60,397 nucleotides of DNA from Verrucomicrobiota bacterium (GTDB taxonomy: Bacteria; Verrucomicrobiota; Verrucomicrobiia; Verrucomicrobiales; DEV007): assembly GCA_045046875.1 (NCBI GenBank), contig JASFYY010000115.1, forward strand, positions 1-60,397, in the 5' to 3' direction. Below are positions 26,670 through 36,243 of the stretch, piece by piece; positions within the stretch are counted from its first letter, which is position 1, and each line of letters opens with the position of its first letter. The notes beneath the pieces were generated by a model. That model saw only the letters and a program-made list of their open reading frames with translations, did not search any database and had not been told where the DNA came from. A program made the translations under genes and the position numbers.

Positions 26670-28799
26670 TCACGGCTTGCGAGCAATCAGCGCTGCGGAA
26701 AGAACCTGCTTGTCCAAGCCCGGCCCTGAGACCAAACATTGCAGCTTTTGCTCGCCATCACCATGGCGGTAATAAAGCCGTAAAGGGTGCCAGCCCGCCG
26801 CCAGGCGCACACTGCCTGACACTTCGTCTCCTGTGCGCTTGAAGTCGTCATCGATCACTCGCGCATCGTGAAGAAAGAGTTCTGTGCCGCCATCACTGGA
26901 CAGCGAAAAAACATACTCCCCTTCCTGCTCGGCATGGAAAAAACCAATAAAAGCCGCTCCCGTGTTTTTTTTACCAAGCAAGCTGCCCGTCCCGATCTCG
27001 CTGACGAGCTTCGAAGAAACTGGCTCTAACACACGAAAATCCGGAACCCACGGCCACGCTCCCTCAAACAGCTCACATTGAAGCTGCCCTGGTTTCATCC
27101 CCTTAGCTTCGACTGAAGCCGCAGGCATCGCAGCCTCATCGTAGGGACGAGCAGCCGAGGGCTCGGGCCGACGCACTTGCAATACCCGGGCTTTCATCCG
27201 TGCTTGCACCATCGCCATATCCGTTTCCTTCGCCAAATCACGCGCTTGCTGAGGGTCTTTTTCCACATCGTAGATTTCAAAATCATCCTCTGCCGATTGC
27301 ACGTTATAACGCAGACCACTGTAACCATCCACCTGCACCACCTGCATCTGCTTGCGAACCCGATTCCGATGACTCGGGGCAAACTGCTGATAACGCGGGC
27401 TCTTACCTCCATGGAAATACTCGATATAGATCGTACTCGGCCGCTGTTCCCCCACTCCGGTTAAAGTAGGCAACAAAGACACCCCATCAGAAGCAGCCGG
27501 AGTCGACACCCCCGCCACATCAGCAAAGGTCGCCATCCAGTCCCACATCCCACTGGGCACCCGACTGACCTGCCCCGCCGGAATATGCCCCGGCCAACGC
27601 ACCAAAGTGGGTTCACGCACCCCGCCTTCGAGAGTATCTCGTTTGATCCCATCAAACGGCCCAAACCCGTTGAAAAAAGTCGGCTGGTAAGGGTCTTTTT
27701 TCAAATAAGACTCCTGCGACGGTCCATTGTCCGATGTGAATACCACCAGCGTATTATCATCGATATTCAAATCCTTGAGCAATTGCAGCAGATCGCCCAC
27801 GGCTTGATCGATGCGACGCACCACCGTCGCGTGACGTTTTTGCACATTCGGCCATAACACTTCCGGAGTTGCAGGATTCTGATCATCATCCCAGCGAGCC
27901 TCGGCCACCTCCGGATCACACCAACCGTCCACTTTACCACCAGCCGTATTGATCATCGACCCTGGTTTTCCAGACCATTGCAGCCCCCCATGAAGACCTC
28001 CACCTTCGGGAAAAGCGCCTGGGGGGTATTGAAGTTTGGCGTGAGGCGTATCAAAAGCGAGGTAAATGAAAAACGGCTGCGCAGGATCTGCCGATTGATG
28101 ATCAACGATCCATTTTTTGGACCGGGCCGTGAACAAATCAGTGGTATAACACCCATCCAAACCCGAGGACACCTCGCGATCCATGTCCCAAACCTCTATT
28201 CCGTCCTCCTTAGGGTAATGATAATGCCCGTCGCGGTGACGGACATAACCATAATAATAATCAAATCCCCGCTTGGTTGGATAAGCAGGCCAGAGATCTG
28301 GATTACCCGCTTTGGTTTCACGATTTTTTTCACCCGAACGATTAGGCTTTCCATCTGCCCGCCCCTGAAGCCCCCATTTACCAAAAGCCGCAGTGGCGTA
28401 ACCAGCCGCTTTCAACACGGTGCCCAGGGTGTGGTTATCGTCCAAGGCTTTGTCGAACTGGTTGTCACGTATGTTGCTGTGCCCCTGGGTCACCCCCAAT
28501 AACAACGAAGCCCGTGAAGGCGCGCACACGGGTGCCGCGCTGTAGTGATTGCGCAAAAGCATCCCCTCCTTAGCAAAACGATCAAGCCGAGGCGTGGCAA
28601 ACGCAGGCACATGCGGGTCATTTTTAGCTGCCCGCTGATTCTGAAAAGTCGGTCCGATGTCCCCAAAACCTAAATCATCTGCCAGAATAAAAATAATATT
28701 CGGCTGACGGGGAGCAGCTTGCGCCAAACTGGCAAACAAAACAATACTCGAAACCAAAACCAAGCAAGCGCACACCTTTGCAATAGAATAACCTTTCAT
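26670..28799 (-). CDS. Cys-type sulfatase with C-terminal PA14 domain
   Basis: PNIIFILADDLG, CAPSRASLL, GKWGL, SDNGP, EGGVREP; C-terminal GEYVFSLSSDGG...GWHPLRLYY PA14-like domain. Start ATG 28799 preferred. Confidence 0.92.
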   Translation of the reverse strand: MKGYSIAKVCACLVLVSSIVLFASLAQAAPRQPNIIFILADDLGFGDIGPTFQNQRAAKNDPHVPAFATPRLDRFAKEGMLLRNHYSAAPVCAPSRASLLLGVTQGHSNIRDNQFDKALDDNHTLGTVLKAAGYATAAFGKWGLQGRADGKPNRSGEKNRETKAGNPDLWPAYPTKRGFDYYYGYVRHRDGHYHYPKEDGIEVWDMDREVSSGLDGCYTTDLFTARSKKWIVDHQSADPAQPFFIYLAFDTPHAKLQYPPGAFPEGGGLHGGLQWSGKPGSMINTAGGKVDGWCDPEVAEARWDDDQNPATPEVLWPNVQKRHATVVRRIDQAVGDLLQLLKDLNIDDNTLVVFTSDNGPSQESYLKKDPYQPTFFNGFGPFDGIKRDTLEGGVREPTLVRWPGHIPAGQVSRVPSGMWDWMATFADVAGVSTPAASDGVSLLPTLTGVGEQRPSTIYIEYFHGGKSPRYQQFAPSHRNRVRKQMQVVQVDGYSGLRYNVQSAEDDFEIYDVEKDPQQARDLAKETDMAMVQARMKARVLQVRRPEPSAARPYDEAAMPAASVEAKGMKPGQLQCELFEGAWPWVPDFRVLEPVSSKLVSEIGTGSLLGKKNTGAAFIGFFHAEQEGEYVFSLSSDGGTELFLHDARVIDDDFKRTGDEVSGSVRLAAGWHPLRLYYRHGDGEQKLQCLVSGPGLDKQVLSAALIARKP

Positions 28800-28861
28800 G
28801 CCTTGGAATTTACCCAAATCCAAGCCTTATGCACCTGAATTCAGGAGAAACAAATCAACTA

Positions 28862-29989
28862 TCATGCCAAGGCTGATCTCAAGCCCGCCAGCAGAGCGTC
28901 CACATCCTGTTGGGTATTATAACCATGCAGCGCAATACGAATCCTGCCAGCATGATGCATGACGTGAATATTGTCCTTTAACAAAGCTTCGTTCAATGCG
29001 GCTACCCGCTCATCTACAAAAGCAAGAATGCCCGAACGACAATCGGGATCAAAGGCCGCCATCGGCTTGATCCCCAGCTCTGCCAAGCCTTCATGAACCT
29101 GCTGCACCAGCGGATCGGCGTGGTTGGCGATCTGCGCAACCCTGATGGATTGAATATAATCCATGCCCGCACGCAAAGCGTAAATCGCGGGGAAATTGGG
29201 CATGCCCACCGCAAAACTCGCGGCCCCTTGTTTGATCCCGGCCTGTTCAAAACGATTGGCATCAAAAGCATTGTCGAGATGAAACCAGCCCCCGGCATGA
29301 GTCGTCAACCGTTCCGCTTTGGCCTCTGGGATCGCCACCACGCAGCCTCCGTGATAAGATAAAATCCACTTATGGGTACTGGAAATGATGCAATCCGCAT
29401 CGAGACAATCCAACTCGACCCGTCCAAAAGCCTGGGTCACATCAACACTCAGAACAGCGTTCGGGGCGAGCTTCCTGACCAAATCCCTGAACGGTGCCCA
29501 GGGCAACCGGTAACCATTGAGGAAACTCACCAAAGACACCTGCACCAACTGGGTGCGCTCATTCAGCAATAACTCCAAGTCTTCCAAGTCCAGCGCCCCG
29601 TCGCGGTTTTTCCACAACTTCACCTGCGGCTTTTCTCTCGCTGCTAGCCAAGGCGTCGCCCCGGCGGGAAAGTCCAAATCGCTGAGCACCACCTCGTCCT
29701 TTCCACCTAATGCCAAAGCCGAACCCAACAAATTATACGCCTCCGAACTGCAAGAACAAAAAGCAATTTCGCCCGGCTTCTTTTTTAACATGCGCGCCGC
29801 CGATTCCCGGCAGGCTTCCAGTTCGGCAAAGTGCCCGTCGCGCCCTTCCATGCCCTGCGACTTGTGCTGCCAATACTTTTCCGCAGCCTCGTGCACCGCC
29901 AAAGGCGGAATACTCTCCGCCGCTGAATTCAAATACACCCTACCCTCCAAAGAAGGAAAATCCGCCAATCTACTTTGTTCATCTAACAT
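28862..29989 (-). CDS. Class V PLP-dependent aminotransferase-fold enzyme
   Basis: VYLNSAA, VDVTQAFG, SSTHKW (PLP lysine), RIALHGYNT. Confidence 0.9.
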   Translation of the reverse strand: MLDEQSRLADFPSLEGRVYLNSAAESIPPLAVHEAAEKYWQHKSQGMEGRDGHFAELEACRESAARMLKKKPGEIAFCSCSSEAYNLLGSALALGGKDEVVLSDLDFPAGATPWLAAREKPQVKLWKNRDGALDLEDLELLLNERTQLVQVSLVSFLNGYRLPWAPFRDLVRKLAPNAVLSVDVTQAFGRVELDCLDADCIISSTHKWILSYHGGCVVAIPEAKAERLTTHAGGWFHLDNAFDANRFEQAGIKQGAASFAVGMPNFPAIYALRAGMDYIQSIRVAQIANHADPLVQQVHEGLAELGIKPMAAFDPDCRSGILAFVDERVAALNEALLKDNIHVMHHAGRIRIALHGYNTQQDVDALLAGLRSALA

Positions 29990-30035
29990 GTTCTCTTCTT
30001 TTAGTGCTTTTCGTGGTTCCTATTTCCCCTCAGCC

Positions 30036-31196
30036 TCACTTCTCACTCACCCTCCATTTCAGCCATTCATAAATACTCGTGCCAATGCGGGCGTAACCGC
30101 TTTCATTCGGGTGCACGCCATTATCCTTGGGGTAACCATTCACCACGTCCAAATCGAAAGCTGTCGGCACGATGTAAATGCCCTGTTCATCCCGTCCCCC
30201 AAAATGTTTCAACTGACGCTCCACCAAACGGTATTGAATACTGCGCCAGCCCTCGCGAGTGTATCTGCCCTTATAGTTCGTGGTGAAAGCCGATTCCCGG
30301 GCGTTCGGCGGAGTCGTCAGACAAATTCCGAAATCTGCTTTTGGCAAAGCCTTGCGAAAAGCCGCCAACAGAATCTCCGCCTGTTGGGTCATTTTTCCAA
30401 ACTTCGCTTCCACCGCAGCGGGATCCTTATAATCCGCGTGAAAACAGTCATTGATTCCCAACAAAAAGGTCACGTAATCCGGCTTCTGTCCAGCGCACTT
30501 CACACGCAGGTAACGCTCGATATCCAATGCCGCTTGCCCACTCGCCCCTTCCTTTCCATTAACAAACAAAAACGGGCTTTGATCTTTCCTTTTGCGCCCC
30601 TTTTTCATCATCCACTCTTGCGCTCCATAACGGGCATTAAAACTTTCCCAGGTCCAACCGCCGTACCCCTCATGAGCCACCCCCGGCCCACCCGAACGCG
30701 CTTTAGCTGTTCCCAGCATCGTCCACTCTGGATTTTCCGGCGCGGACAACAAACGCCCCACTTCATTGGAATAATGGGTCGCTGCGGTCAGGCTATCTCC
30801 GACAATCAACAGCGTCATTTTCTGGCCTTGGCCCGCATCACGTGGCACCACCCGGATCACAGTCGATTTTTCATCGATCAACTTGCCCTCGGCATCACTC
30901 AATTTCATTTTCAGGACATGCTCGCCCACCTCGTCATCTGCGGCGATCAAGGTTCAGCGTTGTTTACCGACCACTATTCCCAATTCACAATCAACTTTGA
31001 AAATATGGCCGTCTTCCGAATCTGCCAAAACCGTATTCCTGAAATCAAGATTCAGCGGCACACCGGGCACCGCATACAAAGCAGGTGGCAAAGTCAGGTG
31101 TAAAGGAGCATCAGCCGCTGTCGCAGAAATTTGCAGCAACAGCAATAAGCTCGCGATCAGGTAAGGCTTGGGATTTATTCGGAGGAAATTTTTCAT
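30036..31196 (-). pseudogene. Exported SGNH/GDSL hydrolase interrupted by one in-frame TGA (30954-30956)
   Basis: ORFs 30954-31217 and 30036-30950 are in the same frame: ...GKQR-TGA-TLIAADDEVG... The upstream part carries the signal peptide; the downstream part has IVGDSLT, GINDCF and NGVHPN. Confidence 0.75.
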
Positions 31197-31307
31197 CTTA
31201 TTGGAAAGTGAACACAAGACGTCCTTTTAGAAAAGTCAAACCACTGTTAATATTGGCCGTGACATCAGGAATCTCCATTGCTATTTTCCCCTAGCCAAGA
31301 ACAAACC

Positions 31308-32315
31308 ATGAAAACCCACTACCTCCCCGTCATCCCTCTCGCCTTGTTTTTAACCAGCGCATTCTGTCGAGCACAAGCCAAACCCGAAATCATTGCCCAG
31401 GCTTCCGACGGTTTGAAAAACCCCTTTGGCATCACTTTTGATTCCAAGGAAAACACCTACATCGTCGAATACCTCGGCGGACGAATTTTTCGCATCCAAC
31501 CCGGGGGCAAAGCCGAATACTTCTCGGGGAAAGCTGAGAAAGGTTTTGCCGGTGACGGCGGCCCGGCCCGGGATGCCGTGTTCAATGGCATGCACAACGC
31601 TGTCTGCACTGCGGACGACCAACTCTACATCTCCGACACCCGTGGCAACCGGATTCGCAAAATCGATCTCAAGACCGGCATCATCTCCACCATCGCGGGC
31701 TCTGACAAAGCAGGATTCAGTGGCGATGGCGGCCCGGCTTCCGAAGCCCTGCTCAGCGACCCAATCTCTATCTCGCTCAGCAAAAACGGCGATACGCTGC
31801 TCATCTCAGATATTAACAATCGCCGCATCCGTGCCATTGACCTCAAAACCGGCACCATCAGCACCATCGCCGGCAATGGCGAAAAAGGCATCCCAAAAGA
31901 CGACACACTCGCGACCCAATCCCCGCTGTTCGATCCACGAGGATGCGCCATGGACTCCAAAGGCAACCTTTACATTCTCGAACGCAGCGGCCACGCCCTG
32001 CGAATCGTGAACACCGATGGCAAAATAAAAACCGTCGCCGGCACAGGTAAATCCGGAGCCCGGGATGGGTCGGCTTTGCAAGCCGGACTCAACGGCCCCA
32101 AGCATCTCTGCATTGATGATCAGGATCGAGTCATCATTGCCGATGCGGAAAACCACCTCATCCGCCTCTATGATCCGACCGGGCAAACCCTCACAACCAT
32201 CCTCGGACTCGAGACCAAACTCAAGCGCCCGCACGGAGTCACCATTCACAACGGCTGGCTCTATATTGCCGACAGTTGGAATGACCGCGTATTGAGAATT
32301 CCTGCCCCAAAATAA
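31308..32315 (+). CDS. Exported NHL-repeat beta-propeller protein
   Basis: Repeated GFxGDGGPA, LYISDT.GNRIRKID, TIAG.G units. Signal peptide from ATG 31308. Confidence 0.9.
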   Translation: MKTHYLPVIPLALFLTSAFCRAQAKPEIIAQASDGLKNPFGITFDSKENTYIVEYLGGRIFRIQPGGKAEYFSGKAEKGFAGDGGPARDAVFNGMHNAVCTADDQLYISDTRGNRIRKIDLKTGIISTIAGSDKAGFSGDGGPASEALLSDPISISLSKNGDTLLISDINNRRIRAIDLKTGTISTIAGNGEKGIPKDDTLATQSPLFDPRGCAMDSKGNLYILERSGHALRIVNTDGKIKTVAGTGKSGARDGSALQAGLNGPKHLCIDDQDRVIIADAENHLIRLYDPTGQTLTTILGLETKLKRPHGVTIHNGWLYIADSWNDRVLRIPAPK

Positions 32316-32418
32316 AAACTGCTAAAAAAAGCAGCGAATCTTATTGCAGAATGCAGCCAAATTGTACATTTTTCAGCGCTGCCTGTTTCCAATTCACCTC
32401 AATACCCATCCTGTTTCC

Positions 32419-32694
32419 ATGAACAAATCGACTTGCAAGATTCTCAGCACCATTTTTTTCCAATTCGGTATTTTATCGATTCTGCTCTCCATCGGAACCT
32501 GGTGGTTCATCGCCGGAGACGATCCCGATAAAAGTGCCCACGCCGAACGTTTTGGTATATTTGTCGGCCTTTGGGCACCTACCCTGCTCATCCTCTCCAA
32601 TCGCTTTGACCGCTACGCCGACAAAGCCGCCGAACTTCCCGGAGCGCACCCCGATATTCACGAAGAATCAGAGGACGACAAAAGCGTCTCCTGA
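32419..32694 (+). CDS. Small two-TM membrane protein of unknown function
   Basis: Hydrophobic helix followed by AERFGIFVGLWAPTLL. Start at ATG 32419. Confidence 0.7.
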   Translation: MNKSTCKILSTIFFQFGILSILLSIGTWWFIAGDDPDKSAHAERFGIFVGLWAPTLLILSNRFDRYADKAAELPGAHPDIHEESEDDKSVS

Positions 32695-32754
32695 CCAACG
32701 GCCAGTCACTCTGAATTTGACAAGCATCCCCATGGGATGCCTATTTTTCTCCCC

Positions 32755-33972
32755 ATGAAATATTCCTTCTGCTTTATTTGTGTTGTAATTTTATTTACAA
32801 TTCCCTCTGCAGGAGAGTGCAAAGAGCTGTCCGTTCACATTGATTTCCCTGGAGCTTCGGCTGCAGTTGAATCGATTGACCAAGACAAAAAATCCATCCG
32901 TTTGATGCCTTCGGATCATCCCAAACGAGGTTGGCAGTGTTGGTGGTATTTCAGATTAGAGGGGTTGAGCAAAGGAGAGACTCTCACCTTGGATGTTGGG
33001 AATTCACCATGGGCTACACCTGACCAAGCCACCGTTTCCATGGATGATCAGAAAACTTGGCAGCATACAGAAAAAGGTAAACGCGAAGGAAAACGTATCA
33101 CCTATCGATACACTGCCAAAAAAGACGGCCTACATTGGTTTGCCTGGGGACCGCCATTCGTTTTGAAGGATGCTAACAGCCTGATTCAAGAAGCTTCCAA
33201 AAAAGGCGGCAACTGGGCAACTCCATTCATTTTGGCCAAATCCCGCGATGGCCATGAGGTACCTTCTATTCGTATTAGTGAAACCAAAAAACCCACCATT
33301 GGGATCTGGATTCAGGCGCGGCAACATGCCTGGGAATCCGGATCAAGCTGGGTGTGTAAGGGATTTCTAGAATGGCTGGTATCATCTGAAGCGGAAGAAT
33401 TGCGAAAACACGCCGAGATTGTGATCACTCCTATAATAGATGTCGACAATGTTGAACTTGGCGCTGGAGGCAAGAGTCAAGAGCCCTGGGATCACAACCG
33501 CGACTGGCGAAAAAAACCGCACTGGTCGGCCGTAGCGGCGGCACAAAAAGAAATCGCGGCTCTACACAAAGACGGCAGGTTCCATCTATTTATTGATCTT
33601 CACAATCCTGGCGCCAATGATCAGGAATCTTATTTTTACACCAGCCCGCGAGACATCTTGTCGCCCGAAGCCATCAGAAATTTGGATCTTTTTAATGCTG
33701 CCACCCAAAAGTTCATTACTAATCCAATCCCATTTAGTGGAAAGCTGATCGAGTCCGGCCCCAAATACGACCCGGAAAACTGGAGCTACATATCCAAGAA
33801 CTGGGTGTCCAAACTCACTCATAATTCTGCAGTGGTTGCCGTCACTCTGGAAACAGCATGGAACACTCCTGGTAGTCATGCCGATGGCTATCGTGCAGCC
33901 GGTAGGCAACTTGGGCTGGCGATTGAGAATTACGTCAGCGCGTTGGTTGAACCGTCTGAGGATGGCAAGTGA
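32755..33972 (+). CDS. M14 zinc carboxypeptidase (CCP/Nna1-like N-terminal domain)
   Basis: WWYFRL N-domain, ARQHAWE (HxxE), DHNRDW, IDLHNP, TLETAW; hydrophobic N-terminus. Confidence 0.85.
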   Translation: MKYSFCFICVVILFTIPSAGECKELSVHIDFPGASAAVESIDQDKKSIRLMPSDHPKRGWQCWWYFRLEGLSKGETLTLDVGNSPWATPDQATVSMDDQKTWQHTEKGKREGKRITYRYTAKKDGLHWFAWGPPFVLKDANSLIQEASKKGGNWATPFILAKSRDGHEVPSIRISETKKPTIGIWIQARQHAWESGSSWVCKGFLEWLVSSEAEELRKHAEIVITPIIDVDNVELGAGGKSQEPWDHNRDWRKKPHWSAVAAAQKEIAALHKDGRFHLFIDLHNPGANDQESYFYTSPRDILSPEAIRNLDLFNAATQKFITNPIPFSGKLIESGPKYDPENWSYISKNWVSKLTHNSAVVAVTLETAWNTPGSHADGYRAAGRQLGLAIENYVSALVEPSEDGK

Positions 33973-34102
33973 CATGCTCAAGCGCTTCTTTTTTGACTGG
34001 ATTCAGCCAACGATCCTTATCCTGCTCCAAGCAATCTACCGACCTTCACCCTTCCGCATTCGCGTACCTTGTTTCCAGTTGGCATTATTCAATAATGTCG
34101 GT

Positions 34103-35977
34103 ATGAAACTGTACCGAATATTTCTCATCGCCGTTTTTACCCTACTGGGCACCATCGCCCCGCTCACTGCGGCTCAAGATCTGCCCAACATCCTCTGGAT
34201 CACCTCCGAGGACAATGGCCCGCAACTCGGTTGTTACGGCGATAAATACGCGATCACCCCCAATCTGGATAAACTCGCGGCCAAAGGCATGCGTTATACC
34301 CGGGCCAGCTCCAACGCTCCGGTCTGCGCTCCCGCCCGCACCACCATCATTTCCGGCCTCTATCCCCCCACCAATGGAAGCGAACACATGCGTTCGATGA
34401 CCCAACTACCTGCTGCATTAAAAATGTATCCCAACTACCTGAGGGAAGCCGGTTATTACTGCACTAATAACAGTAAAGAAGACTACAACATCGAAAAGAC
34501 CGGTGAAGTGTGGGATCAGTCCGGCAAAAAAGCGCACTGGAACAAACGCCCCCAGGGCAAACCTTTTTTTGCCATTTTCAACAGCACCATTTCCCACGAA
34601 TCAAAAATCCGCAATGCCATCAATGACAAGGATCGCATTCACGATCCCGCCAACGCCCCCATCCCCGCTTACCACCCCGACACCGCCATCACACGTAAAG
34701 ACTGGGCACAATACTACGACCGCATGACCCAGATGGATGTCATCAGCGGCAATGACCTGAAAGCCGTTCACGAAGCCGGCCTCGACGAAGATACCATCGT
34801 TTTCTATTACGGCGATCACGGTTCAGGCATGCCGAGAAGCAAACGCTGGCCTTATTTTTCCGGTCTCAATGTGCCGCTGATTGTTTATTTCCCGGAAAAA
34901 TGGAAACACCTCGCTCCCAAGGATTACCAAACCGGCGGCACCAGTGACCGCCGGGTAAGCTTTGTTGATCTCGCCCCAACGGTTCTTAGCATTGCCGGAA
35001 TCAAACCCAAAACCCCGATGCAAGGTCACGCTTTTGCCGGAAAATTCCAGACCAAGGAACAGCCCTACAGTTTTGGTTTCCGTGGACGTATGGACGAGCG
35101 TTATGACCTGGTGCGCACCGTGCTCGGCAAGGACTACATTTATATCCGCAACTACATGCCCCACCGCATCTACGGTCAGCATATTGATTATATGTTCCAG
35201 ACTCCGACCACCCAGCAATGGTTTGACCTCTACCACGCCGGGAAACTCAACCAGGCACAATCCCGTTTCTGGCAAACCAAACCCGCGGAAGAGCTTTACG
35301 AACTCGCCAAGGATCCTGATGAAATAAACAACCTGGCTCAATCAGCCGGACATCAGGATATTTTGAAAAAAATGCGCGCCGCGCAGCAACATTGGGCCAG
35401 TAGCATCAAAGATGTTGGTTTTTTACCTGAAGCAGAAGTCCACTCGCGTTCGATCAATTCCACGCCCTACGAAATGGGGCACGACCCGGCAAAATACGAT
35501 TTCGATAGCGTTTTTGCCGCCGCCAACCTGGCCTCTTCCATGAAAGCCAGCGACTTGCCCGACATCGTCAAACTACTGAATGACAAAGACAGCGCGGTCC
35601 GTTACTGGGGTGCGATTGGATTGCTTTGCCACAAAAAAGAAGGGCTGAAAGCCGGACACCAAGCGCTCATCAAAGCATTAAATGATCCTTCGGCCAGTGT
35701 CCAGATCATGGCGGCCGAAAGTCTCGGGCGTTACGGAAGTGATGACGACGCAAAAAAAGCGCTCGATGTCATCCTCAGTCACTGCAACGTGCAAACCGGC
35801 GACGTGTATGAAGCCATCCTTGCCGCCAATGCCCTCGACTACCTCGGCAAACGAGCTTTGCCAAAACTAGCGGAAATCAAGGCCCTTCCCCTGAAACCCA
35901 ACAACGGCCCCAAACGGGTTGCCGGTTACGTCGGACGCCTGCTACCAGAGATCATCGGCAAACTTGAGAAAAAATAG
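34103..35977 (+). CDS. Cys-type sulfatase with C-terminal HEAT-like repeats
   Basis: PNILWITSEDN, CAPARTTIISG, GDHG, EELYEL.KDP.E; C-terminal LNDKDSAVRYW and LNDPSASVQ repeats. Start at ATG 34103. Confidence 0.92.
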   Translation: MKLYRIFLIAVFTLLGTIAPLTAAQDLPNILWITSEDNGPQLGCYGDKYAITPNLDKLAAKGMRYTRASSNAPVCAPARTTIISGLYPPTNGSEHMRSMTQLPAALKMYPNYLREAGYYCTNNSKEDYNIEKTGEVWDQSGKKAHWNKRPQGKPFFAIFNSTISHESKIRNAINDKDRIHDPANAPIPAYHPDTAITRKDWAQYYDRMTQMDVISGNDLKAVHEAGLDEDTIVFYYGDHGSGMPRSKRWPYFSGLNVPLIVYFPEKWKHLAPKDYQTGGTSDRRVSFVDLAPTVLSIAGIKPKTPMQGHAFAGKFQTKEQPYSFGFRGRMDERYDLVRTVLGKDYIYIRNYMPHRIYGQHIDYMFQTPTTQQWFDLYHAGKLNQAQSRFWQTKPAEELYELAKDPDEINNLAQSAGHQDILKKMRAAQQHWASSIKDVGFLPEAEVHSRSINSTPYEMGHDPAKYDFDSVFAAANLASSMKASDLPDIVKLLNDKDSAVRYWGAIGLLCHKKEGLKAGHQALIKALNDPSASVQIMAAESLGRYGSDDDAKKALDVILSHCNVQTGDVYEAILAANALDYLGKRALPKLAEIKALPLKPNNGPKRVAGYVGRLLPEIIGKLEKK

Positions 35978-35992
35978 ACCTCGCTCATATAC

Positions 35993-36211
35993 CACCCTTT
36001 CAGGGCTTTTATACATTCCTAATCACCCCCAGGGTTCCACCCCGGGCTTTCACATTAGACACCGTTGGCGCCTATCCCCCTCCCCCTACATAACTCGAAG
36101 GAGTAATTCACACAACTCCCATAGCTCGCTTGCCCCGAAAGGGCAAAATGAAATAGCCCAGGGTGACAACCCAGGGTAGGAGCACAACAAACAGCCAGCC
36201 CTGAAAGGGCG
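35993..36211. repeat. REPIN-like element: two inverted arms, each with three short hairpins
   Basis: Left arm CACCCTTTCAGGGCT...CCCAGGGTTCCACCCCGGGCT...CACCGTTGGCG; right arm GCCCCGAAAGGGC...AGCCCAGGGTGACAACCCAGGG...AGCCCTGAAAGGGCG. Confidence 0.7.
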
Positions 36212-36243
36212 GAACCGATGATAGGCACACCCTCACCAATCCG

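Noticed and set aside
30954..30956. Selenocysteine or genetic-code reassignment at the in-frame TGA
   Set aside because: The context suggests Trp rather than Cys, there is no convincing SECIS, and TGA ends several intact genes in this window.
29517..31103. 528-aa plus-strand ORF
   Set aside because: It is antisense to the aminotransferase and SGNH genes, with Ser/Arg-rich composition and no motifs.
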